This document shows, piece after piece, positions 21,501 to 33,899 of a stretch of 64,000 bases of DNA (its first letter is position 1; the number at the start of each line of letters is the position of its first letter). Source of the DNA: Spirogloea muscicola. Lineage: Eukaryota. The DNA lies in NCBI GenBank assembly GCA_009602725.1, contig WELB01000014.1:1072584-1136583 (forward strand), read 5' to 3'. A model generated the notes under the pieces. That model saw only the letters and a program-made list of their open reading frames with translations. It did not search any database and was not told the origin of the DNA. The position numbers and the translations under genes were made by a program.

Positions 21501-22523
21501 ACATCAGAATGACAGTCTTTGCTGCCAGTGCACAGGCAGGTGCTAGCAGAGCATATTGACATTGCTTGCAGAGACCATGTTACTGTCTTGTGCACTTGAT
21601 GATCAGCTAAAGAATATCACATTTAGATGTGGTCGCGTTTCTCTTGGACATGGACACTTGTACAATCAGACTCATATATGTGAGGCTTACAGATTACATC
21701 TATCGAACTTCTAACTAAATAAAATCTTCAACAAATATATTATTGTCGACATCTATGTCTCCGTTCTCTACTGATGGACAACTACAGCATCATAGACACA
21801 GATGCAAGAATACAGAGCCTCAACCTAAGATATGAATGTAGTATTTGTGAATTACTGACCTGAGGTGTTTGTGGCCCTCCTACAGTAAATGGGATGATAA
21901 GCTGCATACGATTGCCACTGGGGAGGCAGCTCATCAATGTGCTCCTCACAACGAGCATCTCTGACTGAAAAGCATGAGCGATGACAACTATGCAGTCCGG
22001 TCTTATTGGAGTCCAGTAGCTCACATGCATGAGCAATACAAGAACTGGGAGTGGCGCAGCAATAGCTTACTCCGATGTCTGGCCAGTTCACCGTTAAGCC
22101 AAGCCGGCGCGTTATGCTCACATCTCCACCCTCCATCTGTACGTATGTCCCATTGGACCAGCCTCCTGGGGTGTTGGAGAAAAGTACCATGTTGTATAGA
22201 AGCCCAGGCTGCAGGCAGACCTCAGCCTGACTGCGCTCCCAGTCCGCAAACTGCTCCCCAGTAGCCGCGATCTTCCCCGAAAGCGCTTCATTGATCTGCC
22301 ACGATGCTCCGCCCGCTCCTGGTGTGGCTTCATAATAGATCGTCACAAGCAGCTCATGGGCTGGACAGGTCGTCAACGAGCTCGGCGATTTTTGACCAGA
22401 GGCGACACTTAGCGCGAGAGTGACGACAATAATCGAGTGCATCCGCAATGCAACAGCAAGCCCTGGCAAGCCCCATGTGTGCAGCTCTTTGTGCTGGCCC
22501 TTGAGCTCCCCGAGGTCACGCAT
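18517..22523 (-). CDS. Receptor-like kinase (RLK/Pelle) with signal peptide, Cys-rich ectodomain, TM and kinase domain; 3' end and juxtamembrane exons approximate
   Basis: Kinase exons: [29 protein letters not shown]...[125 protein letters not shown] at about 20975-21040; N-terminal signal-like [13 protein letters not shown]. Confidence 0.85.
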
Positions 22524-22778
22524 GCCGACAGCTTGTGCAGGTCATGACCATCTCGCGGCGGCGCTGACCGGCGTGCCTGTCTCGCCGTTTCTGCACCAAG
22601 CTTTCAAGCTTTCTGTTGTTTGTAGCTCGCGATCATCTGCGCCCTGCCCGCAGCTGCAGGCCGCGAGGGGGTGGGGTATGGCTGCCAAGCCGCCTGCGCC
22701 GTTGCACTGACACGGCACCGCGGCCGGAGGTCTAGCCCGCGCCTCAGACTGCGTCTGGCCACGGAGCCGGCGGCGCTG

Positions 22779-22814
<36 letters not shown>

Positions 22815-23104
22815 TGCGCGGAGGCTGGGAGTGGAGTAGGGGGCGGTTGATCAAGGCATTTGACGATGGAAGTGATCAAAGGGGTGCCCCACACGGTGGG
22901 CCTTTCCGCTGGGGGCCGCGCGGCGGTTGCGCAGGAACTGGAGATGGGAGAGTTCAAGAAAAAGAACCGCTCCCAACCGCCCTGATCAGGGCCTTCCTCG
23001 GGCGGCCAACTGCTCGGGCGGTTGCACCTCCGGCTGCCACCTGGCGCCGTCCTGTGCGAGGCTGCAGTGGCTGCAGCCTCTGCTGCCCGGAGACCAGTTT
23101 CCCA

Positions 23105-23900
23105 GTGGCCCGGGCGCTGCACCTTCGTGCCGGCAGAGCCCTCGCTGCTGCCTCTGGCTCTGGCCAGGGAACCCACTTCCACGAGCCTAGCATCTCCGAC
23201 CTGCGGCTGCTTAGCAGAGGTTAGTTTCTCGGACCTGCGGCTGCGGCTACGGCTGCGGCTGCCGAGTGTTTCGTAGCTACTTGATTTCCCGTGTGCTTCA
23301 GCGCTTTCCCGGACCTTGTCCGGGAAAGGCAGTTTGGGCTGGCCTCTCACAGCCGCCTGTCAATTCGGAAGCGCTGTCGTCTCTCCCTGGCCCCCTCGAA
23401 CTGTGTTCATTCTCTCTTTGGGCTGGCCTCTCACAGCCACTGCCCTCCTGGAACCGTCTTTTCTTCCTGTGCGAGGAGCCGCGGGCCCGCTCCCCATTGG
23501 TAGAGCCACTTCTTCTGCTTTTCCGGCCCTTGACTTCCGTGACAGCGCTCCGGCTCCCCAAGGTGGCCTATCGGCTATGTATGTGCTCACTCGAGGGAGG
23601 GTACTAACGTCACACTGTTACCTTAACCACCTTAGCATAGGGCTTTGCTTTTCAGCCCCGCTTTTGCACTAGCTTCCTTTCATACACAGTATCGGCTTAC
23701 TTGGCCATTTGTCATTTACTGCGCACCCTTCTCGCTCTTTCAGACCTTGTACGTTCCTTGGGGCTGGCAGTCAAGGACTGCCGCCTTGTGGTCTCGGCGT
23801 GGTGGCCCTCCTCTATTGACTTACTTGACTTCTTGTTGCCGCCTCGGGCTTACTGGGAGGCTGTCTGTAGCGGCCACTCGCTTGCTGAGGGGTTTGCTCG
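23105..23900 (+). mobile_element. Nest of non-LTR 3' fragments and a degenerate RT piece between divergent genes
   Basis: ARALHLRAGRALAAASG...SDLRLLSRG at 23105-23224. TTTGGGCTGGCCTCTCACAGCC hairpin modules at about 23334-23355 and 23417-23438. A further family end (AMYVLTRG) near 23575-23610, and an RT-like LVRSLGLAV..W segment near 23745-23800. Confidence 0.75.
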
Positions 23901-25145
23901 CTGGTCGGTGCTTACTTGCAAACACTTGCTCAATTTTGTAATCCATTCGGCTCCTTTAGCATCTATGGTCTTGCCGTGGTTGTGGTGCAGCCAAGGGAGA
24001 GTGGCGGCCGCACGCTCCGCATGTTCACTGCAACCAGCAAGCCCCATGAGCCTGGGGCAGCAGTCATGCAGGCAGAGCAGACCCGTCCCAGCATTTGTAT
24101 CTGCCACCGCGCTTTCAAGTAGTAGTCGCCATAGGGTGCTGTGATTTACTTTTGTAAAACGAAGAATATTGGTCTTTGTTTGTACATCGTGGTGCTGGAT
24201 GGCGTTGCGTGCACCGTGGCTGTTGCGCCACTGCCCAGCCATACCTCCTATTGATCTCAGCGCATGAATAATTGCAGCAAGCATTGCCCTTCAACAGTTG
24301 CCTACCAGTGGCTTTCGTTTAGATGAGAGGAAAGCAGATGCACACTGGCCGTGAGGGAATTTGTCAGATACTAAGCAATTGCAAGGTGCAATCTTACATC
24401 CATGACGAGACCTGCACTTGCAAATTGAACGCTAGGGTGGACGTCTGTTGTGGGTATCATGAATTTAGAGAGCCGTCCGATGCCCTGCATCGACGGTCTT
24501 GGCGAGCCGGGCGGGGGAGGCTGATCAAGCCGCGCCAGCGACGCCATGCGCGAGCGTGCGGCGCCTGCCCTGCATGGCCATGGCGCCCGCGCCGCCCCGA
24601 GGGCGCCTCAAAGCAGCAGCTCCTGCGCCGCCATGGCAGCACCTGCGCCCAGGCTCGCCAAACACACGTTGCGCGCCGCCGCGGCCTCCTCGGCGCCGGG
24701 CTCGCGGGCCGCCTTGAAGCGTGCGCCGCTGAGAGGCCGCCGCGTCGCCGTAATTACCTCCAGTGGCGCACGACGCGGGGCTTCCGCGCGACTCCATCTT
24801 GCTGCAGGGTCGGGCTCCGTGCATTGTCTTCAGTGCCGCTCGCCTATGACGTGATTGGCGTGCCGGGTCATCTAAACGACCAGCTGCTACTGGAATTCAT
24901 GTACTGTTGTCAGCAGTTTTGTGTCCTCGTGTCGCACTTGCGTTGCACCCAGTGATGAGGAGTCAAATCACAGTGAAAAATCTATGTATCGACATTCTGC
25001 TGTTGAGAGAGCGTCAACTGCCCGCCCCGGTCATACTTGGATACAGAGGCTGTAGCAGATCAGGCATCATGGTCCAGCTAGAAACACGATATCTGACTGG
25101 TTGATGACATCGTTTGTCACAAGCAGATGCAAGCATACTGATACC

Positions 25146-28018
25146 ATGCCCACAATCATGAATATCATCAGACGCGGCACCAATCTCGTGACTCAGGTAC
25201 TGCGAGTCTCAACGCCGTCCTTGTCCAGGGTTGTAATTACAGCTACAGCTTGGCAAACTTGTAGGAGCTTGAGGAACTTGAAGATGACCTCCTCGCAGAC
25301 TAGCTCAGCCAGAACGGCTTGTACATGCCCTCGTTCAAGTCACGGAGTACAGGATTTTGTTCTCAGACATACTGTGCGGTTCCTCAGAGGAAGCAGGCTC
25401 AAGCCATGCCTGTCTTCACTTCGACATTAGAAGGGGCTAAGTGTGCAGTATGGTATCTGCCCTTCGTTCTGCAGGGAGCTGTTGCAGTCGCCATAACCTG
25501 CTCTCTCCCGATCCTGCTGCCAATGATAAGTATAGTCTTCCTCTCCGGGAGCATCTTTCTTGTACCAACATTTGTCATCAGCTTCCTTGGATACTGCATT
25601 TACGAGGCTTCACAAGCTCAGCAGGTACGTCCCTCATCGATTAACACAAGTGCATTATTTGCTTCCCATTTGCAAGATGGTCAAGATCTGTTGACTAGTC
25701 GGTCGAAGCCCACCATAAGCTGAGACTAGACCTGCTGTCAATGCTCTTGAGAACGCCCACTATGCATACACATTGCTCCATACGAGCCGTTTTAGAGAAG
25801 GTGACACATACAGGATGGGGACTGAGAGCTGTTCCGTCACTGATTTCATCTATCAGAAAGTATTTCCAGTAAATCAGCGTCCAGGTAAGAGCAATGGTAC
25901 GCCCTTACTCGATATTGTCCGAGTGCACTTCTGGCTCGCATTAATAGACATTAACTTAGCCATCACATCAGCCACTTTAGACATCTCTGAGCTGCATCTA
26001 TCATCTTTGGCAAGACCCACAACCTTGAATGGATGCATCAACTGCCTTGTAACTCGTTCTCTAGTGCGTATCATTGGCGCCAGTAGCATATCTACGTGAA
26101 AGGATCAGAGATGACGCAGTCCAGGAGCGTGGAATGGTGGAGGCTGCACAGGGCACAGGAGCGAGCCAGAAGCGAGAATACGCGGAAGCTGAGCAGAAGC
26201 AGCGTGCAGAAGCAGCAAGGACGGACTTCCGACCAAGCGATATAACAGTAAGCACCGAGGGCAATCTTCGTCAGCAGGTGCCAGTGCTGCATGGAAGGAC
26301 TCTTGTGCAACCACTGAGGGTTGTCCGGAGACCGCAAGAGCTGCGTGACCTGCGGGAAGTAAGGACCATTCTTTCAAGCTTGTTATGCCAGTATGCATTG
26401 AGAAGCTAGTACTTGCTACATTGAGTGTAAGAAGACGAGTGCATCTTACACACGTCAACAGAGAGTCACAGGAGCCACCCAGGCCCTTCTTGTTCTTGAT
26501 AGATGCTAGCTTATAGAAACACCTGGAGTAGGTATTAGAAGATCATGCCTATGAATGTAATGCAGCTGCCAACCATGCCTGTGTGTGCAGCGCATGAGAA
26601 GGGGCACAGCAACTGCACTTCCCAGCAGCCAGCAGAGGAGCAGCGGTCCAAGGAGAGTGGTTTTCATCATTGGGCCGCACGGAGTTGTCAATGTAGTCCA
26701 AGCTGAGGCGAATGCCTCTGAAGGACAATTGGCCCCGGCTAGGAGCGCACCTCCAGTGCAGGTTAGCACCCTCTGCTCTCTAGCTGCTGGCTATGACCTT
26801 CGCACCTGCATTGACTCTTTGAGCCACAAGCACTTCATGCTTTGCCCCTTCAGTTACTGTTGTTCTCGGCTGCTGATTTTGTCATGTCACATCTATGACA
26901 TCTCCAGTGGCCCGCACAGCAGGTTTGGCTCGACTCCTGATCATGGCCCACAGTGGAGCTTTGTCACAGGAGGGCAGCATCATGCCCAGCCAAACTGCCG
27001 GCGCAGTCATCCCCGTGGTTGAGCGTTCACCTGCTTCACAAGGCGTTTCAGTGCATGACAAAGCCCAAGCCCCTGCCAGGCAGGTAGTGCTGTCTGCAAA
27101 CTGCCTCTGGTTCTGTTTTGCTGCTACATATAGAAGAAGATCACATCTTGCAAAGGAGACAGCTGTCAAAGGAGCATGGTACAACCCACGCTCAAGATCC
27201 TCAAGGAAATATGTTGGCATAAAACATATCATTCAGTATCTGCTACTTTTCAAGCAACGAGGTTGGTGAGAGCTGCTAAACGCAGGTACAGCTTCCCCAA
27301 CTGTTGGTTGCCTGTGGCTGTTCCTTCTATCCTGCTTGACCATGCAGCCACATGCCTGCAGGAGCCAGTAGCTGAGCCAGCAGAGAAGAAGCTCCGAGAG
27401 GACATCAGCAGCATGAAAATGAGCCTGGGGATAGAGCCGGCATCGAGCCAAGGCCCGCTGCTCAAAGAGGTGACACGCATTAGCAAGCGCCTGGGAACAG
27501 ACATCATGCCCATCTTAGTGCAGCCTGGCGTCCCTGACCTGCAGAGCGCCTCTGCTGCCGCTGCTGCATTGCAAGAGATCCTTGGAGTGAGGGTAAGTGC
27601 TTGACTGCGCCAGACCTGAACGACTAACAACTGCAATTCACTCGACTTAAAGCAAGGCTGGAATAATGACAACGGAATTTTGGAAGTACAGTATCCTGGC
27701 GGTAGGCATTTGCTGGCAGTAAGCTTGGCCTACGGAGCCCTGTGGTGGCAGGAGCGAACACCCGTGACTGAAGAAGAGCTGCGGGAGGACATCTCAAATG
27801 TGAAGAAGGTTCTAGGCATGCGGCCAACCGCCACCACTGGTCCGCTAGTCGACGAGGTCACCGCGGTAGGCGAGCAACTGGGCACAGACTTCCCAACCGT
27901 AGCAAAGCGTAAGAGCTGGACTGACCTGAGGCAGGCTGCCAGCGCCATCTTCTACATCAAGGGGATTATAGGCATAGACGGGCCACCTTCCTCTCAATCA
28001 AGGAGTTCAGAAGAATAA
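25146..28018 (+). CDS. Putative seed lipid droplet protein (SLDP)-like protein: N-terminal hydrophobic hairpin and two copies of a C-terminal module; start and middle exons uncertain
   Basis: Exons 25146-25196 and 25475-25624 give RRGTNLVTQ|GAVAVAITCSLPILLPMISIVFLSGSIFLVPTFVISFLGYC. Exons 27362-27592 and 27752-28018 are paralogous (LREDIS...LG...GPL..EV......LGTD...DL..A......I.G). The family assignment rests on recalled similarity, not a search. Confidence 0.6.
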
Positions 28019-28933
28019 GCTGAGCAGTAGTAGAAGCTACTCATACCAGCTTGTATCATAAGCGCCAGCGCACATTTTATCCCCATGGCAACCTCTCCCG
28101 GCATAAATTGCAAAAGCGGGCATCTAAAAGAGCACAAGCCTGGAGACCTCCAGGTGGTACGGCTGACACCATGAGAAATCAGGTACTAATACAGCACTGC
28201 AAGTTCAGCAATTGCTGTCGGGTATCATGGTGCTATTACGGATAAAACATGCCGGACATAATGGACAGGAATTTTCCTCGCACTGCCTGACACTGTGCAC
28301 AATATGGAGGCCGTCTGCTAAAGCAGCCAAAACCCACGAGGAGACCGATTTTTCGAGATGCTTCAAAGTACTAGTAAGCTGAAAGCTTTGGTTGGACTGT
28401 GACGACGGTTGGCCGTGCCAACTTGTTGAAGTCATGGTGCAAAAGTCATGGAGATTACTGAGCTGTCCACCAGAAGAGTTGAGCGCTGCAGCCAAACACC
28501 CAGGCTTTGGCTGCCAGGTACTGAAGTACTCGACTGTGCGCTCCACCATTGATTGTCACTGGCAGTGCTGTGGGATGCACACGTGCATCCCCTTGCAGAT
28601 GCTGCAACCACGTTGGCACCCGCCAGGTATTAGTGTCAAGAAGCACGTCCACAGTGGTTCCTGCATAGGGCACATGTCGGCGCTAATGCAGCTGTGAAGC
28701 AACTACAAGGTGAACAACTGTGACTTTGCATGTGACGCTCTGTGACGTGATTCCTTCCATGATGCACATTGGGTATGCTTTGGCAATACCTTATTCAGTC
28801 TTCCATGCGTCAATTTCAGCAAGGCCTGGGGAACTATCCAGCTTCACAGTAAGCTGGGTGTGGCAAATATAAATGTCATAGCTCGCGCCTGTGGTCCTCG
28901 GTCTGCTTGAAGTCCTAACAGTTGCAGCACAGA

Positions 28934-31900
28934 CTATGTTCCTCGAAGCATGCCTTCCGGTAGCGCGGGGAAGTAGAAGTCCTCCTGCTCCTTTTTCCTC
29001 GCCGCCTTCTCCACGGCCTTCTTGGCAACAGTTTGGAGCTGTCTGATGTTGACCTCATCGTCTGGTACATCCGCATACTCCTCCCACAACCGGCTTGCAG
29101 ACAGCAACTCGACCACTCGCTGTTTCAGCTGCCATACAAGGACTGTGTGTATAAGGTCCTCGTACACTTTAATGGAAGCTCCCTAACACATTTGAGCATG
29201 TACGATATATCCACGTACTGATGCCAGCACTTGTGATTTTTCCAACAAAGGATCAGTTTGTGTGATGGTGACCCAAACCCTGCATCACCTGCTTAGAAGA
29301 CTTCGCATACCTCAATTAACCCATTGCCAGTTTCTGTGGAGACATAAAGCGCTCCCAGCGGGCCTTGCTGGTGATACGCCTCCATGGAGTCTCCCAGGTT
29401 GGCAGCCATAGTATCTTCTGGCCGGGGCTGAGGGAGGAGATCCGACTTGGACACGACGTCAATCCAGGGGCGTTCTGCGAAGCGCTCCTTCAAGGACAGG
29501 TGGAGGAAATACTGCACAAGGCCCACAAACATTCACAAGGCCCACGCATATATAAACAAGCATCCTGACGGTCACTTCTGGTGCACAGACACTAGTATCA
29601 AGTATAGTGAGCTGGTCACTTCAGCCATACATAGGCGTGTTGCCTTCTCACAATGAAGCTAGTAATCAAGCTACCACAGCTAAGTCATCTGTTTGTAACG
29701 GTTGGTCACAATTCTGCAAGCTGGTAAAGAGGACCAAGAGCGCAACTTTCTAGCTATTATCTGTCACCTGGTCGGCAGTTGACATGCCACAATCGCCGGT
29801 GAGGTCGTGCACATAGAGCACGGCGGTTGGCAGGTGGCAGAGCGCAGCCAAGGTCAGCTTCTCGATGTTGTTGCGCTCAGCTGCCAAGAAGGTGGATGCT
29901 ATGAGCCCCTCAGCGACCACTTCAGACAGACTCATTTTTGTGCTTAGAGACTCCACTTCAAAGAAAACCCTTACAACTGGTAGTTCAGAGGCCATGCAGG
30001 CCATTGAAGTGTAAGTTGGGGTTCCGTGTAGATTTGCAATTGTTGATCAAAAGAGCTCTGGACAGTGCAGGTGGAAAGTTGCCTGTGGCGATGGTTTGGC
30101 AAGCTCACCATCCGGTCGATGTAGCAGGCCAGGCGTATCAGTGACCTGGTGGCGGCGAGTGTCCACAAAGAAGTGGCCCATGGAGATGCCCCGCGTTGTG
30201 AACGGATAGTTGCAGACCTGCACAACAAAGTGCGTGCTTAAAACATCATGTAATCCATAGCATGGCCAAGACTTAGAGGGACAAACCACATTGACTAATA
30301 TGACACATGTTACTACAACTTGCACCTTCTCGATGTCAGTAGGACTCAATTGCTACAAATCCTGGTGGTTATCAACATCCAGTAGCACCTCGGGCTTGCC
30401 AGATGAGAGCACACGAACGAGCGAAGACTTGCCAACGTTGGGCGCGCCCACCAAGCACAGCGTCGGCACCTTTGTGTGCACTACCGGCATTGCCCGGAGC
30501 GTCTGCAACAAGCAATGAGCCCTCACCTTTGAGATTGTCAGCACCATCATCCACAGTACACTAGACTACTGCTTCTGGGCATGCCAATAACATCCAATCC
30601 AGTGTAAGGTCAACCTCATCTAGAATTACTAATCCTCAAATCTCTCACGATGCTTCGGATGCAGCCCTTGCTTCTCCTTATCAAGTGCATTGCTGCATCA
30701 AGTCCGTGCACAGCCATGACGATGCGCAAGGATTATGCTTTTACATATTCCACTATTTTGTTGGAGCACCTTTGCAACCTCCTTGAGGCCGTCTACAGCA
30801 GGGCTGAAGCGCTTGAAGAGCTCCTCCAGCCGCATGAAGCCCTGCACAGATGACAGGGTCAATACCTGCCTCCACAGTAGCAAGCAGCACTGAAGCGCCT
30901 GAATGGGATGCTGACAACAGGTGGCCACAGGACTACGTTTGAGGGAGAGCTGAGTTTAATATGTAAATTTTCTTGACGATTATGGAGCTCCTTTAGGCTG
31001 CAACTCTCAATTCACCTCAGCTGCCACGTCCTCGGCCTCCTTCCTTGTTGTAGTCTGAGGAAGAAAGTTGGAAAAAGAACTTTGTCAAAGGACTTCCAAC
31101 ATAAGCCATCAGACAGCTGGTTGAGCAAATTAGATGTGATTAAACGATTCCTTTGTTTAGACCCTAAACGCCATGGTAGACGACCCAACTCACGCCCAAA
31201 TATTGCCTTAGCACGACGAGGAGCCCTGCTTGTGTGAGAGGTAGCCCGCTCATGTGAGAGGAAGCAGAGAAAGGGGTGCATGGGAAAGCGAGGCTCACCT
31301 TGTTCACAAGCAAGGCGTAATTCTTGCCAAGGTCCAGGACCCGCTTCCTCAGGGCGTCCACCTTGCTCAGTGACTGCACAACCACAGCCTGGAGATTACT
31401 ATGATATCCTAGCTGAAGTCCACACATTATTGCTTAGCCCAGATTACAATCAACACATTTAACAGGTCATTTAGCCTCCCAAAGCCACAAGACTCAGTGC
31501 AACCGTCCATAATTACAAGTTGCACTCCTTGTAGTAGGACCTCTGATGCATAAGCCCTCCGGCTGAGCCTCTCTGGGTGCTTGTAAGCTCTATGAGAGCA
31601 GGGCTTTGACTTGGGCGTTCATGAAGCTGAAGGGTTCGAGCCTTGGTGAAGCCTGCGCACAAGTTGGTAGTTGCCGTCCCCCAGAGTGAGCTCCAGCAGG
31701 CAGCGCTCAAAGGCGTGCAGCCTTCTGGGCGACGGGAACTTGGTGATGTAAACGCCCAGAGGGCCCGCCAACTCCTGAACACGCCAGAGCCAGCCCGTGC
31801 CAAAGGACTAGCAGGTCATTACATCACTTCAGGCAAGGCTTCCTGGCTTGCTTCCCGTGCATCAGCAAGGCATGAGAGACTCAAACCCTCACTTCCATGC

Positions 31901-33320
31901 TGCACTTAAACCCCTGACATGAATCAAGCAAGTCCTGATGAGACCAACTTCCCATGCCTACTAGCAAGGAGGTACGCATGCTTTGCTTCAGCACATCCTT
32001 AGGCTCAGAGATAGCTGACCACGCAAGATATCCAGGGTTTGTGGTTTACTATTAGGTTTATGGTTCGAACCCTAGTTTTCAAACCTCGAACCACACGATT
32101 GAGCATGCGGCTGCGCCACATTGCTCCAGAGAGGGCAGCGGCAGGCAATTTAGTGGCTCGACATTCTCACAAGCTGCACGTGGCGCCTTTCGTGACTGCA
32201 TATAAGGGGCCAGGTTGATGCTACTGGCCTTGGTGAGCATATCGAGCTGCTTGGCGCCCCTGTTGCGCTCCCGCTTTGGCCGCGTTCATGATACCTGCAA
32301 GTTGGCGGCTACGTGCCTCGTCAAAGGTGTGCGTCTTCCTCCAGGACCGCATTCATGACTCTCACTGAGCCTAAATTCACAATTGTCAGGAAGGTGATAA
32401 ACAAGTACAAAGGTGACAGTTGTAGGGCACCTTGCAAGCTTGCCTAAACCCTAAACACTACACCTAAAGTCCAAACCCAGCACCAGGTAGATATGCAAGA
32501 TTGCGCTACCTTTGGTGGGGCGGATGAGCTTGGCGCGACGGAGCGCGGTGCCCAGGATCTCATTGGCTGGCGACACTGCCGGCAGCTGCTGGAAGGCGCC
32601 CACCGACAGCAGCGAAGGCTGCGCCGGGGAGGCTGCTCCCTGCACGCGTCAATCACAGCCGCAGCAAGCTGTTGGAAGGTATGCCTGAGGACATTGTGCT
32701 TAAACTAATTGCCAGAAATTTCAGGAAAGATAGGTGCATTTATATTGGAATTGCTAGAGACAGTAGCACTAGGAAATCCATCGGTATTGCCAAATGCGTT
32801 GGCAATAGAATCAATCGGAACACACATAAGATAAGAAGAGAATAAAAAGTTAATCGATGCAGATAAGCAAGGGGAAAGGATGCCAGCCGCAAATGCTAGC
32901 CATCATAGAGGCCCCCAGGGTTCAGGGTTCAGGGTTCAGGGTTCAAGGGCGAGGGTTTTAGGTTTAAGCATCAGGGTGGGTTGAGGGGTCGGGGGTAGGG
33001 TTTGGATGTTCTCAGCATTGCATCGGCGGCCAGAAGGACTTGGAATGCACGCTGAGAGGTCAAGTCAAAACACAGCAAGTCGCGGCATCTCGGGTGCCGG
33101 AATCGAACCCCGGCGTCAGAAGCTGGCGGCGGCGATGGAGCTGCGGCGCCGCCGACGTCCTCCTCGCCGCGCAGCGCCAAGCCGGCCGGGCCTGCGAGGG
33201 ACTCCTCTCCACGACCGCCCCCACCAGGGACGGCGCCGCCGACGGCTCGTGAGGCTGGCGCGGGCACCGCGCCGCGGTCGCGGCCGCAGATTCCGGCGGC
33301 GGCGGCGGCGGCGGCGGCAT
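28934..33320 (-). CDS. NOG1-like (Obg-family) GTPase, PDE318/organellar type; 1-nt frameshift in exon 3
   Basis: SVGAFQQLPAVSP..ILGTALRRAK, LHAFERCLLELTLGDGNY, G1 LVGAPNVGKSS, G2 NYPFTT, G3 DTPGLL, ERNNIEKLTLAAL.HLPTAVLYVHDLTGDCG, G4-like WIDVVSKSDL. Stop at 28934; the start is approximate. Confidence 0.88.
32917..32967 (+). repeat. Telomere-like (TTCAGGG)n array in NOG1-like intron 1
   Basis: CAGGG(TTCAGGG)3 TTCAAGGG...GGGTTTTAGGTTTA. A canonical telo-box AAACCCTA also lies at 32446-32453 in the next intron. Confidence 0.8.
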
Positions 33321-33404
33321 GGCCTGGGAGAGCGGTCCCGGGTTCGACCGCTCCGGTAGACCTGGACCCGGCTATCTTCCGTCGGGCGATTGTGAGTAGC
33401 CGCC

Positions 33405-33890
33405 AGAAAGTGCGGCCAGATTGACTGGTGGCTGGGACAGGCCAGCCCAAAGAGAGGAGAAGAAAGTGCTCGCCCATTGAGAATAGGGGCTGGAACAACC
33501 AGCCCGAAAAAGAATGAACAGAGTACGAGAAGGGGGCCAGGGGAAGCGCTAAGTAACAGAAACAAAGCTGCTACGAGACACTCAGTAATCCCTGCTAAGC
33601 AGCCGCAGATCAGAGATGCTGGGCTCCTGGAAGTGGGTCCCCTGGCCAAGAGAGGAAGCGCGGCCAGATTGACTGGTGGCTGGGAAAGGCCAGCCCAAAA
33701 GAATGGACAAAGTCTGAGGGAGCCTGAGTGCGAACGACTAGGACTAAGACATCTGCCAGGGAACGCTCAGTAACCTCTAGACAGGAGATGCAGGTCCGAG
33801 AAGCTAGCTGGCCCAAAGGAGTGGACAAGGTCTGAAGGCGCTGGAGTGCGAAGGACTAGGACCAAGACATCAGCCAGGGAACGCTCAGTA
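33405..33890 (-). mobile_element. Stack of family B and family A 3'-end fragments
   Basis: Family B ends (GCGGCCAGATTGACTGGTGGCTGGG) at 33405-33449 and 33657-33810. Family A copy at 33459-33647 is flanked by the TSD AAGAGAGGA. Confidence 0.87.
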
Positions 33891-33899
33891 ACAACGCTC

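Noticed and set aside
33085..33118. tRNA-like T-arm (GGGGTTCGATTCC) on the minus strand
   Set aside because: No D-arm/A-box, anticodon arm or acceptor stem; it lies at the first exon boundary of the NOG1-like gene.
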